NCBI GenBank assembly: GCA_944332715.1
Contig: CALVKN010000002.1
Coordinates: 1-63,551, forward strand
DNA: 63,551 bases
Reading direction: 5' to 3'
Source: an uncultured Bacilli bacterium
Lineage (GTDB): Bacteria; Bacillota_I; Bacilli_A; RF39; UBA660
The notes beneath the pieces are model-generated. The model did not search any database. It was given only the letters and a program-made list of their open reading frames with translations, and was not told the DNA's origin. Made by a program: the position numbers and the translations under genes. Positions 29,175-39,219 of this stretch are shown here, piece by piece (the first letter of the stretch is position 1; each line of letters begins with the position of its first letter).

Positions 29175-30032
29175 ATGATTTTAGCAATTGTAGGACCTAC
29201 TGGTGTAGGTAAAACTAAACTTAGTGTAGAACTTGCTAAATACTATAATGGCATAATTATAAATGCTGATGCTGTTCAAATTTTTAAAAGCCTTGATATA
29301 GGTTCGGCGAAGGTACGTGAAGAAGAAAAGTGCGGCATTCCGCATTTACTATTTGATATAAAAAATCCTGATGAAGATTATACTGTTAAAGATTATCAAA
29401 CAGATGCTAGAAAAATTGTTGAAGAATATAAAGGTAAAAATATTATATTCTGCGGAGGAACTGGGCTTTATTTAAGTGCTGCTTTAATGGATTATCGCTT
29501 TTATGAAGATGAAGATACTAATACTTATGATGATTTAACTAATGATGAACTTTATGGGAAAGTATTAGCTAAATACCCTGATACTAAAATAGATAAAAAT
29601 AATAGAGTTCGTTTAATAAGGGCTTTAAATAAAAAAAATATGCCAGTTGTTGACCCTAAAATGTTATATGAAAATGTAATTATTATCGGTCTTACTACCC
29701 AAAGAGATAAGTTATATGATATAATAAATAAAAGAGTAGATGATATGTTTGATAAAGGGTTACTTGATGAAGTAAAATCTTTATATGCAAAGTATCCTAC
29801 CTCAAGAGTGCTTAAAAGCGCTATTGGATATAAAGAAGTAATAGGTTACTTAAATTGCGAATACTCTTTAGAAGAAGCAAAAGAATTAATCAAAAAAAAT
29901 AGTAGACATTATGCTAAAAGACAATATACATGGTTTAATAATAAAATGAATGTAACTTGGTTTAATGTTAACTATGATAATTTTGATGAAACTATAAATG
30001 ATGTAAAAAATTATATAGATAAGGTGGTTTAA
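29175..30032 (+). CDS. miaA: tRNA dimethylallyltransferase
   Basis: ILAIVGPTGVGKTKLS P-loop, GGTGLY, RHYAKRQYTWF. ATG 29175 preferred over the track start, which overlaps the divergent gene. Confidence 0.93.
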   Translation: MILAIVGPTGVGKTKLSVELAKYYNGIIINADAVQIFKSLDIGSAKVREEEKCGIPHLLFDIKNPDEDYTVKDYQTDARKIVEEYKGKNIIFCGGTGLYLSAALMDYRFYEDEDTNTYDDLTNDELYGKVLAKYPDTKIDKNNRVRLIRALNKKNMPVVDPKMLYENVIIIGLTTQRDKLYDIINKRVDDMFDKGLLDEVKSLYAKYPTSRVLKSAIGYKEVIGYLNCEYSLEEAKELIKKNSRHYAKRQYTWFNNKMNVTWFNVNYDNFDETINDVKNYIDKVV

Positions 30033-31255
30033 TGAATGCGTTAAAAAAGGGGATAATTTTGTTATGGATTAGTATATTTGTTATATTTACTAGTCTTGTC
30101 TTTTTTGTTATCGGATGTAATTCTAGTTATTTAGTTACAGATATATTTAAAAGAATTTCTTTGACATTTTTAATACTTGCCGTTCTTCTTTTAATATATA
30201 GCATATTTTTAATAATTAGGTATAGATTTTCTCGTAGGTTTAAAAAGGTAAAAATGATTATTATATCTGTTATAGTATCAATTTATGCTATAGGTTGTTC
30301 ATCATTTCTATTTATTTTGTATGGTCCAAATGACACTTTTAGGACTTGGTTAATTACAACCGCTATGGCTACAATGAACCATCAACATTATTGTAAGTGG
30401 TTTTATTCTGATGATACAATTAATGCTGTTTTAGGACAGAACTATGTAGCTGAAGGAACTGACTCGACAGATCCATCGCTAATTACATTTGATAAAGAAC
30501 CTGTTACATATTCTAATGAATATGAAAGAGAAATTTTAGAACACGATGAAGATGATTTATATAAAATAATTCGTTTTGAAGTAAATGGCTGTGATGCTTA
30601 TCTTGCTGCAATATATGATCCAAGTAAAATAAGTGTTGGAGTAAGTAAGTGGTTAGGTAGAAGTGGCCAATATATTTACGATATGGCTAAAGAACAAGAT
30701 GCCATTTTAGCTATCAACGGCGGTGGATTTTTTGATCCTGGTTATAATAGCAATGGCGCAAATCCTTTAGGTATTACTATAAGTAATGGTGAAGTTATCA
30801 CAGATGATGCTTATAGTTCTAATAATGGTGGAGTAATTGGTCTAACTTGGGATAACCAGCTTGTTCTTCTTCGTAATGTAAATGCTCATGATGCTTTAAA
30901 TAGAGGAGTTCGTGATGCTGTAACTATGGGACCATTTCTAATTGTTAATGGTAAGACTGCTGATATCAAAGGTAATGGTGGATGGGGTTATGCTGCCAGA
31001 ACCGCTATAGGGCAAAGAAAAGATGGCATTGTATTAATGCTTGTAGTTGATTCCAACGAATTTAGAACTAAAGGAGCATCAATGCGAGATTTAGCAGATA
31101 TTATGGAACGATATGGAGCCATAAATGCCGCAAATCTAGATGGTGGAACATCTAGTGCCATTGTAGAGCATGGTAAACTTATAAATGATCCAATCGATTC
31201 AGCATTAAGGCATAAAACAAGGGGTATTCCTACAATATTTAAAGTGGTTGCATAA
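30032..31255 (+). CDS. Membrane-anchored phosphodiester glycosidase-family (DUF2233) protein
   Basis: N-terminal TMs. AINGGGF, TAIGQRKDG, NAANLDGGTSS motifs. Confidence 0.75.
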   Translation: MNALKKGIILLWISIFVIFTSLVFFVIGCNSSYLVTDIFKRISLTFLILAVLLLIYSIFLIIRYRFSRRFKKVKMIIISVIVSIYAIGCSSFLFILYGPNDTFRTWLITTAMATMNHQHYCKWFYSDDTINAVLGQNYVAEGTDSTDPSLITFDKEPVTYSNEYEREILEHDEDDLYKIIRFEVNGCDAYLAAIYDPSKISVGVSKWLGRSGQYIYDMAKEQDAILAINGGGFFDPGYNSNGANPLGITISNGEVITDDAYSSNNGGVIGLTWDNQLVLLRNVNAHDALNRGVRDAVTMGPFLIVNGKTADIKGNGGWGYAARTAIGQRKDGIVLMLVVDSNEFRTKGASMRDLADIMERYGAINAANLDGGTSSAIVEHGKLINDPIDSALRHKTRGIPTIFKVVA

Positions 31256-31345
31256 GTAGGTAGATAATCTTTTTCTACTTACTTTTTAATTGCCAAAAAT
31301 AAATTTTAAAATTTTAAAATTTAATTAAAAGTACATTTTTTTGTA

Positions 31346-31374
31346 TTGCGGTTGTATATTATTCTTGGTATAAT
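31346..31374 (+). promoter_or_regulatory. Promoter of paralogue 2/3 operon
   Basis: TTGCGG, 17-nt spacer, TGgTATAAT (extended -10, 31366-31374). Confidence 0.5.
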
Positions 31375-31402
31375 TTAACTGTAATAATAAAGGATGGTAG
31401 TA

Positions 31403-33919
31403 ATGAATAATAAAAAGAATTTAGTTTACATGGTTATTGGAACAATTACTCTAATTACTGTAACACTAGGTGCAACATATGCATACTTTACTGCCCAAAG
31501 TGGTGGGTCGGGAAATATTGATGTTGATGCAAGCACAGCAACAACAGATAATTTATCTTTCTCTTTTGGAGACTTAATAAATATTCAAGCCACCGAAGAA
31601 AACTTTGGCCAAGGTATGGGTAGTATTAGTGATTCCACTACAGGTAGAGCTATATTAAGGGCTAATAATGCAACAAATGAAGCAACGACTTCTTATAATA
31701 TATATTTAATAATAGAATCAAATGATTTTGTTTATACAACAGAAAATGGGACTCCAGAAATAGTACTTAATGTAACAGATCCTAATGGTAACAAGGTAGA
31801 AAACATTACAGGACTAGTTCATTATGAAAATGGATTTGACATAACAACTAGAACTGGAGGATTTTTACTTGTACCAGATTATGAAATAAGTGCAACAGAT
31901 GCAGAAACTATTCAAGATTGGAATATTGAAGTAACACTAGTAAACCTAGATAGTGATCAAAATGCCAATACTGGAAAAACACTAACTGGAAAACTATATA
32001 TGACTCAAGATAAAATGAGTTCATATGAATTAACTGAAGTAAATAGTATAAGTACAACTGTAACTTACAATAGTGTTACAGTAACTCCACAAATAACTCA
32101 AGGTAGTGCAGCAATTGAAAAATATTATTATGGAATAGAAAAAAATACAGAAACAATGGCGTATAATAATGTCAGTAAGTTAACAAAATTAAGTAACTTA
32201 GCATCTGTAGAAGATGTAGAATTTATAGAAACAGATGAATCAAGCTATACATTTAGTAATCTAGAAGCAAATAGTTCGTATACAGTATATAGTTATACAG
32301 CAGATGAAAATAAAATAAAATCAAATGTTTATTCAACAACAGTAACGACTGGAACTTATGGAGTTCCAACAATAGATTCTGTAACTCACAGTGTAACATT
32401 AAATAGTATTACATTAACTGTAAATGCAACACCAGGAAGTAATGAAATAGTAAAATATATGTATAGTAAAGATAATGGATTAAGTTGGGAAGAAAGTACA
32501 AGTAATACATATACATTTACTAATTTAACAGATTCAACAGAATATGATATTAAAGTAAAAGTAGTAGATAGTGAAAATAAGGAATCAACAGAATACTATG
32601 AAGCCATAACAACAGAAGTATATATACTACCAGTTGTTGCAAGTGTTAACACAACAACTACATGGAATAGTATAACATTAACACCAAGTGGAACAGATGG
32701 AACTAATGCAATAGATCATTATGAATATTCGATAAATAATGGTGCATATCAAACAAGCAATGTATTTAGTAATTTAACAGATAATACAAACTATACAATA
32801 AAAGTAAAAGCAATAGATGCTATCGGCAGAGAATCAAATGTATATGAAATGACAGTTAAAACGGATACATATAAACTTCCAAAGATATCAGTTACAACAT
32901 CATCAACTGCAAACAGTATAACAGTAAATGTAAATGCAACGCCAGGAGATGGTAATATAGTAAGTTATCATTATTCAAGAGATGATGGAAGTAATTATAC
33001 TGTTAGTGAAAGTAATAATTATATTTTTTCAAATCTTACAGATAATACAACATATTATTTGAAGATATTTGTAACTGATAGTAATGGTAGGACTTCAAGT
33101 GTTTATGTAGGCAATGTTACTACAGAATCAAATACTTTAGCGGATTATATAGTTAATAATGTGTATACTGAAGATGGAGCAAATGGACTATATTATCATG
33201 ATGGACAAGGAACATACACCAATGCAAGTCAAGAAGCCGGTGATAATTCATATAGATATGCTGGGCCTAATCCAAATAACTATGTCTGCTTTGGAAGTGA
33301 TGAAACAACATGTCCAGCAGAAAATTTATATCGCATAATAGGTGTTTTTGATAATAATGTTAAATTGATAAAAAATACTACTTATAATGCATATGCATGG
33401 AATACTAATGGAACAAACGACTGGAATACATCTACATTAGCTAATATACTTAATACAACGTATCTAAATAGTTTTGAAGCAAAATGGGGAGATATGATTG
33501 CTACAATAAGTTGGCCAACTAATGGAAGTGGTTATGAAAATATTGGTAATTCTAGTGTTAAGACAGCGTTTGGAAATGAGATGAACACTCAAAAAATTTA
33601 TACTGGTAAAATAGGATTAATGTATACTTCTGAGTATGGATATGCCACCATCCCTAATTATTGGACTAATACATTATATGAATATTACAATGTTGACATT
33701 AAAAACAATGATTGGTTATATATGACAGCAACAGAATGGACAATGACTCCAAATATGGATGGCAATAATTTAGCATATTTTAATTGCTATGATGGCGATA
33801 TATATTTTGATGTAGTTACAACTGCAAATGTTGTACGGCCAACATTTTACTTAAATGAAAATGTAGACTTTTTAAGTGGTACAGGGACTTTAAGTGATCC
33901 ATATCGCTTAACTGTTTAA
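31403..33919 (+). CDS. Secreted surface protein, paralogue 2 (TasA-type signal, FN3 repeats, variable C-terminal domain)
   Basis: MNNKKNLVYMVIGTITLITVTLGATYAYFTAQSGGSGNID. Long stretches identical to paralogues 1 and 3 through the FN3 region. Divergent last ~250 aa ending RPTFYLNENV..GTGTLSDPYRLTV. Confidence 0.85.
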   Translation: MNNKKNLVYMVIGTITLITVTLGATYAYFTAQSGGSGNIDVDASTATTDNLSFSFGDLINIQATEENFGQGMGSISDSTTGRAILRANNATNEATTSYNIYLIIESNDFVYTTENGTPEIVLNVTDPNGNKVENITGLVHYENGFDITTRTGGFLLVPDYEISATDAETIQDWNIEVTLVNLDSDQNANTGKTLTGKLYMTQDKMSSYELTEVNSISTTVTYNSVTVTPQITQGSAAIEKYYYGIEKNTETMAYNNVSKLTKLSNLASVEDVEFIETDESSYTFSNLEANSSYTVYSYTADENKIKSNVYSTTVTTGTYGVPTIDSVTHSVTLNSITLTVNATPGSNEIVKYMYSKDNGLSWEESTSNTYTFTNLTDSTEYDIKVKVVDSENKESTEYYEAITTEVYILPVVASVNTTTTWNSITLTPSGTDGTNAIDHYEYSINNGAYQTSNVFSNLTDNTNYTIKVKAIDAIGRESNVYEMTVKTDTYKLPKISVTTSSTANSITVNVNATPGDGNIVSYHYSRDDGSNYTVSESNNYIFSNLTDNTTYYLKIFVTDSNGRTSSVYVGNVTTESNTLADYIVNNVYTEDGANGLYYHDGQGTYTNASQEAGDNSYRYAGPNPNNYVCFGSDETTCPAENLYRIIGVFDNNVKLIKNTTYNAYAWNTNGTNDWNTSTLANILNTTYLNSFEAKWGDMIATISWPTNGSGYENIGNSSVKTAFGNEMNTQKIYTGKIGLMYTSEYGYATIPNYWTNTLYEYYNVDIKNNDWLYMTATEWTMTPNMDGNNLAYFNCYDGDIYFDVVTTANVVRPTFYLNENVDFLSGTGTLSDPYRLTV

Positions 33920-33947
33920 AGTAAAAATTTTTATAAGGATGGTAGTA

Positions 33948-36497
33948 ATGAATAATAAAAAGAATTTAGTTTTTATGATTATCGGAGCAATAACATTAAT
34001 TGCTGTGACTCTTGGTGCAACATATGCATATTTCACAGCTCAAAGTGGTGGATCAGGAAATATTGATACTGATGTAATAACTGGTACAACTGATAACTTA
34101 TCATTTTCTTTTGGGGATTTAATAAACATTTATGCAACTGAAGAAAATTTTGGACAAGGTATGGGTAGTATTAGTGATTCAACTACAGGTAGAGCCATAT
34201 TAAGAGCCAATAATACAACTAATGAAGCAACTGCTACATATAATATCTATTTGATTATTGAAGCAAATGATTTTGTATATTCAACAGAAGATGCAAAACC
34301 AGAAATACTTTTAAATGTAACAGACCCTAATGGTAATAAAGTAGAAAACATAACAGGGTTAATACATTATGAAGATGGCTTTGATATAACGACCAGAACC
34401 GGAGGATTTCTTCTAGTTCCAGATTATGAAATAAGCGCAACTAATGTTGAAACTATTCAAGATTGGAATATCGAAATAACTTTAGTTAATTTAGATAGTG
34501 ATCAAAACGCCAATACTAATAAAACATTAACTGGAAGACTATACTTAACTCAAGAACAAATGAGTAGTTATGAATTAGCTCAAATAAAAAATGTTGAATC
34601 ATCAACAACATATAATACTATAAATGTAACACCAGAAATAACTAGCGGTAGTGCAGAAGTAAAAACATACTTTTTTGGTATTGAAGAAACAACAGATTCA
34701 GCAGTAGCATATAATAGTGAAAATAAATTAACAAAATTAAGTAATACTTTAGCAAGTATTGATGATATATCATTCATTGAAAGTGATACTCCAGACTATA
34801 AATTTTCTAATCTAGAGCCAAATACGGAATATACAATATATAGTTATGTCGAAGATGAAAATAAAATTAAGTCAAATGTTTATTCAACAAATATAACAAC
34901 AGATGAGTATGAACTGCCTATAATAGATTCAGTAAGTCATAGTGTAACATTAAATAGTATAACATTAACAGTAAATGCAACAAATGGTAGCAATGAGATA
35001 GTAAAATATATGTATAGTAAAGATAATGGAGCAAGTTGGGAAGAAAGTACAAATAATACACATACATTTAATGGATTAACAGATACAACCCAATATAAAA
35101 TAAAAGTAAAAGTAGTAGACAGTGAAGGTGCAGAATCAACAGAATACTATGAAGCAATAACAACAGAAGTATATATTTTACCAGTTGTAGCAAGTGTTAA
35201 CGCAACAACGACATGGAATAGCATAACATTAACACCAAGTGGAACAAATGGAACAAATGCAATAGATCATTATGAATATTCAATAAATAGCGGGGCATAT
35301 CAAACAAGTAATGTATTTAGTAATTTGACGGACAATACAAATTATACTATAAGAGTAAAAGCAATAGATACTGCAGGTAGAGAATCTAATGTATATGAAA
35401 CAACTGTAAGAACAGATGCATATGTATTGCCTACAATATCTGTTTCCACATCATCAACTGCAAATAGTATAACAATAAATGTAAGTGCTACGACTGGAGA
35501 TGGATCAATAGTAAGTTATCACTATTCAAGAGATAATGGAAGTAATTATCAAACAAGTAATAGTAATAACTATACATTTACAGGGCTTACGGTTAATACA
35601 ACATATTATTTAAGAGTATATGTAACAGATAGTAATGGAAGAACATCTGCGGTTACAAACATAAGTGTTAAAACCCAAGGAGTTTTATTTGCAGAATATA
35701 TAAAGAATTTGTATACATCAGATGGCGTTAATAATATATATTTGCATAATGGCAGCGGAACGTATGGTTCCTTAGAAGCAAGTGATGGAAGTTATAGATA
35801 CTCAGGAGCAAACCCAAATAATTACGTATGTTTTGGTTCAGATGCTAGTTCTTGTCCTTCTAACAATTTATATAGAATAGTGGGGGTATTTGGTAATCAA
35901 GTTAAACTCATAAAATACAATGCACTAGGTTCATATTATTGGAGTGGCTCAGCAAGTAATTCGAGTAATAATTGGCAAAGTAGTACATTAAATAGTAGTG
36001 TTTTAAATGGAACATATTTAAGTGGGCTTGGAACTTGGGCTGATAAAATTGCAACAAGCACATGGCAAATAGGTGGAATGGATGATGCATATGGATATTC
36101 TACTCCTAAAACAATATACAATTATGAAGTAGGTAATTACAAAAGAAATGTAACTTATAATGCCAAAATAGGATTAATGTATGTATCGGATTATGTTTAT
36201 GCAGCGAGTCCTAACTATTGGTCATATAGAGGATATGATACAAGTGGCTCAAGACAAGATTACCGTTTGGCTAGTGATTATAATTGGTTATATTATGATG
36301 ATTTTGCTCTCACAATATCACTTAACTATCCAACATCGGACTGTGTATATATTATTTATTCTCAAGGACATGTAAATAATGGCCCGGTTAATAATGAATA
36401 TTCAGTTGGATTAGCTCTACCTACATTTTATTTGAACTCAGATGTTATATATACTAGTGGTACAGGTACAGTTAATAATCCATATCGCATAGCATAA
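33948..36497 (+). CDS. Secreted surface protein, paralogue 3
   Basis: MNNKKNLVFMIIGAITLIAVTLGATYAYFTAQSGGSGNID. Same architecture. Only 28 nt after paralogue 2, with the same RBS context AAGGATGGTAGTAATG. Confidence 0.85.
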   Translation: MNNKKNLVFMIIGAITLIAVTLGATYAYFTAQSGGSGNIDTDVITGTTDNLSFSFGDLINIYATEENFGQGMGSISDSTTGRAILRANNTTNEATATYNIYLIIEANDFVYSTEDAKPEILLNVTDPNGNKVENITGLIHYEDGFDITTRTGGFLLVPDYEISATNVETIQDWNIEITLVNLDSDQNANTNKTLTGRLYLTQEQMSSYELAQIKNVESSTTYNTINVTPEITSGSAEVKTYFFGIEETTDSAVAYNSENKLTKLSNTLASIDDISFIESDTPDYKFSNLEPNTEYTIYSYVEDENKIKSNVYSTNITTDEYELPIIDSVSHSVTLNSITLTVNATNGSNEIVKYMYSKDNGASWEESTNNTHTFNGLTDTTQYKIKVKVVDSEGAESTEYYEAITTEVYILPVVASVNATTTWNSITLTPSGTNGTNAIDHYEYSINSGAYQTSNVFSNLTDNTNYTIRVKAIDTAGRESNVYETTVRTDAYVLPTISVSTSSTANSITINVSATTGDGSIVSYHYSRDNGSNYQTSNSNNYTFTGLTVNTTYYLRVYVTDSNGRTSAVTNISVKTQGVLFAEYIKNLYTSDGVNNIYLHNGSGTYGSLEASDGSYRYSGANPNNYVCFGSDASSCPSNNLYRIVGVFGNQVKLIKYNALGSYYWSGSASNSSNNWQSSTLNSSVLNGTYLSGLGTWADKIATSTWQIGGMDDAYGYSTPKTIYNYEVGNYKRNVTYNAKIGLMYVSDYVYAASPNYWSYRGYDTSGSRQDYRLASDYNWLYYDDFALTISLNYPTSDCVYIIYSQGHVNNGPVNNEYSVGLALPTFYLNSDVIYTSGTGTVNNPYRIA

Positions 36498-36573
36498 ACC
36501 AAAATATCTAGGAGCTTTATTGTCCTAGGTATTTTTCTTTTCTCAAAAATATCACAAAATACTCAAAGTTATA

Positions 36574-36602
36574 TTGCAAATCATTTTTGAGTTTGGTATA
36601 AT
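36574..36602 (+). promoter_or_regulatory. Near-consensus promoter of the four-gene McrB-like operon
   Basis: TTGCAA (36574-36579), 17-nt spacer, TGgTATAAT (-10 at 36597-36602). Preceded by terminator-like hairpin ctagga/tcctag at about 36508-36540. Confidence 0.6.
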
Positions 36603-36629
36603 TTATTAAGAATAGGTTAGGTGACATAG

Positions 36630-37703
36630 ATGAGTTTAAGTGTTATCGATAAATACGTAGAAAAAAAGAAAAAAGATATCTTAGAATATTCTAAAATACT
36701 TGAATCTTTGATAACTCTAGAAGATAACAAAATGTGGAATAATAAAACAGAATTTAGTGTATACAGCAAAGAAATAATATCTCTTTATGCGGATACATAT
36801 TACTTTTTAAATAATGTCAATCGGGATAACCCAATAGAGTATTTAAATGATAATATAAATAATGTTTTAAAATCTATTATTGAATATTGTAAAAAAACTT
36901 CTAAAGAAAGTATGCTTAGAGAACTTAAAAATGAAACTTTTTTACTTTCAGTAATAATATCTACGGCTTGTTACTTAGATATTGCTACAAATGTTATCGA
37001 TGGTAATTTTGTAGATACTAAAAGTAAGTTTAAATATTTACTTACATATTTAAAGAAAACTAAAATATTAAAAGTGTATGCTCAAGACAGGGTAAGAATT
37101 AATGACTTATTTAATGCAATTAAGAAAAATACAAAAGAAGATGGTAAGTTCTTTGAATATTATAAAGGTGATACCTACAGTAATGAATTTATCAAGTATA
37201 CTAATAAACCAGTGTATTACTTAGTTAATTTCAAGTATACTGTACCAGGTCTAGAAGAATTTGATGAATCATTAGTTAAAAAGGTTAAAGAATCATATAA
37301 TGCTAAATTACTTAGTATGTCTTATGATTTATTAATCATCTATATTCTAGAAGAATTAATAAGTAATAAAGATGTGGCAATACATTTGATTGTCTTAGAT
37401 AAAGTATTAAATAAAAAAATAACCTTACTTAAAGTATTTGATAATAAATATTTAAAAGATTATATTAAAGTTTTAATACCCCATGAACATATTGCTGATT
37501 ACCTAGATGCAATAAATTATATTGAGAAATTAGGACTTAATATTATTTATGAATATAGCGGTACAGATAATGTCAAAGAAAATAAGTTTGAAAGAGATTG
37601 TGAAATAATAGTAACTGATGAGTTTTTAAATAATAATGCCGAAAATGAGTATTCATGGAAACAATCAGGTGTAAAGTTTGTAATTAAGAATAAGGAGGAT
37701 TAG
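36630..37703 (+). CDS. Hypothetical cytoplasmic protein (operon gene 1)
   Basis: 357-aa ORF, no TM, no motif I can assign. 3-nt gap to the next gene. Confidence 0.6.
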   Translation: MSLSVIDKYVEKKKKDILEYSKILESLITLEDNKMWNNKTEFSVYSKEIISLYADTYYFLNNVNRDNPIEYLNDNINNVLKSIIEYCKKTSKESMLRELKNETFLLSVIISTACYLDIATNVIDGNFVDTKSKFKYLLTYLKKTKILKVYAQDRVRINDLFNAIKKNTKEDGKFFEYYKGDTYSNEFIKYTNKPVYYLVNFKYTVPGLEEFDESLVKKVKESYNAKLLSMSYDLLIIYILEELISNKDVAIHLIVLDKVLNKKITLLKVFDNKYLKDYIKVLIPHEHIADYLDAINYIEKLGLNIIYEYSGTDNVKENKFERDCEIIVTDEFLNNNAENEYSWKQSGVKFVIKNKED

Positions 37704-37706
37704 AAA

Positions 37707-39212
37707 ATGAGTGTGTACGGAGAATTTTTTACAAAATTTATGGAACCTTTCTTTGAAGGGTTACTAAATATTTTCAAGGGGATTGGTAGTGGCATTGGGC
37801 AAATGTTTAATATTGTCAATTACATTACAGTAATAAATGACTACAAGAGTGATTTAACAGGTGTTGGCTTGGTAATAATGATTCTTACAATAATTTTGTT
37901 AGTTGCTATAATTGCTGTTATAATTTTCTTTATATATCGAGCAATTAGAACATATGTAAGATACAGAAGAAATGTAAAAAAAGAAGATCAACTTATCGAA
38001 GAAATCGAAGTTTTAAATAATGAAATTTTAAAACTAAAAAGACAAAACGCTAAAATTGCTGAACTTACCAATGAAAATGGAGAAATTGAATATGATGAAG
38101 ATGGCAATGTTAAGGGAGAATTAAAAGAAGGCGAAAGCAGATTCTTTAAACTTAGCAGTGTTGATGCTAAATTTGCTGAGTACACTCCAGAAGAAATTCA
38201 TAATGACTTTACTTTAGATAGTCTATGTGAACAATTCAGAAACTTTGCAGCATCTAAATTAGGTTTATATTATGATATTAATTTAATAAGATTATTTGTT
38301 GCCTCATTTGCATCCAATAAACTTATAATTCTTGAAGGTATTTCTGGTACTGGTAAAACTTCCCTTGCTTATGCTTTCGGTGAATTTACTAAAAATGAAA
38401 CAACTGTAGCAAGTGTTCAACCTTCATGGAGAGACTCAACCGAAATATTTGGTTACTTCAACGAATTTACCAAGAAATTTAATGAAACTGAAATACTAGA
38501 AAAGATGTATGAAGCACAATATACTGACGAAGTTTATATCACACTTCTTGATGAAATGAATATATCTCGTGTTGAATATTATTTTGCTGAAATGCTATCT
38601 ATTCTAGAACTTCCTAATAAGAAAGACTGGGTTGTTGAATTAGTACCAAATGTTTGGCCAGGAGATCCAGAAAAACTAGATGAAGGAAAATTAAAGATTC
38701 CAGAAAATATGTGGTATGTTGGTACAATCAACAACGATGACTCAACATTTATGATTACTGATAAAGTTTATGACCGTGCTATGCCAATAGCAATCGATGA
38801 TAAATGTGAAGAATTCGAAGCTCCCGATACGGAAGCAGTTCAAATCAGTTATAAATATTTCCAAAATCTATTTGTTGAAGCCGAAAACAAACATGCAGTA
38901 ACTGATGAAACACTAGAAAAGGTTGCTCAACTTGATAGATATGTAATTGATCACTTTAGACTTGCTTTTGGTAACAGAATAGTCAAACAATTAAAAGAAT
39001 TCGTTCCAACTTTTGTTGCCTGTGGTGGTGATGAAGTAGCTGGAATCGATTATCTTATAGCTCATAAGATACTAAGAAAATTTGAACAATTAAATTTGGC
39101 ATACATTAAAGATGAAATAGATGGTTTAATAACTTACTTAGAAAAATTATTTGGTACTGGTAAAATGCCAGAATGTAAAGCTTATTTACTACGTTTAAAG
39201 AAGACGATATAG
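37707..39212 (+). CDS. Membrane-anchored McrB-like AAA+ NTPase (AAA_5 type)
   Basis: N-terminal TM (VGLVIMILTIILLVAIIAVIIFFIY), coiled coil, Walker A LEGISGTGKTS, Walker B plus signature LLDEMNISRVEYYFAEMLSILE, IPENMWYVGTINNDDS (NxxD-like) and DKVYDRA, collinear with McrB motifs. Confidence 0.75.
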   Translation: MSVYGEFFTKFMEPFFEGLLNIFKGIGSGIGQMFNIVNYITVINDYKSDLTGVGLVIMILTIILLVAIIAVIIFFIYRAIRTYVRYRRNVKKEDQLIEEIEVLNNEILKLKRQNAKIAELTNENGEIEYDEDGNVKGELKEGESRFFKLSSVDAKFAEYTPEEIHNDFTLDSLCEQFRNFAASKLGLYYDINLIRLFVASFASNKLIILEGISGTGKTSLAYAFGEFTKNETTVASVQPSWRDSTEIFGYFNEFTKKFNETEILEKMYEAQYTDEVYITLLDEMNISRVEYYFAEMLSILELPNKKDWVVELVPNVWPGDPEKLDEGKLKIPENMWYVGTINNDDSTFMITDKVYDRAMPIAIDDKCEEFEAPDTEAVQISYKYFQNLFVEAENKHAVTDETLEKVAQLDRYVIDHFRLAFGNRIVKQLKEFVPTFVACGGDEVAGIDYLIAHKILRKFEQLNLAYIKDEIDGLITYLEKLFGTGKMPECKAYLLRLKKTI

Positions 39213-39219
39213 GTGATGC

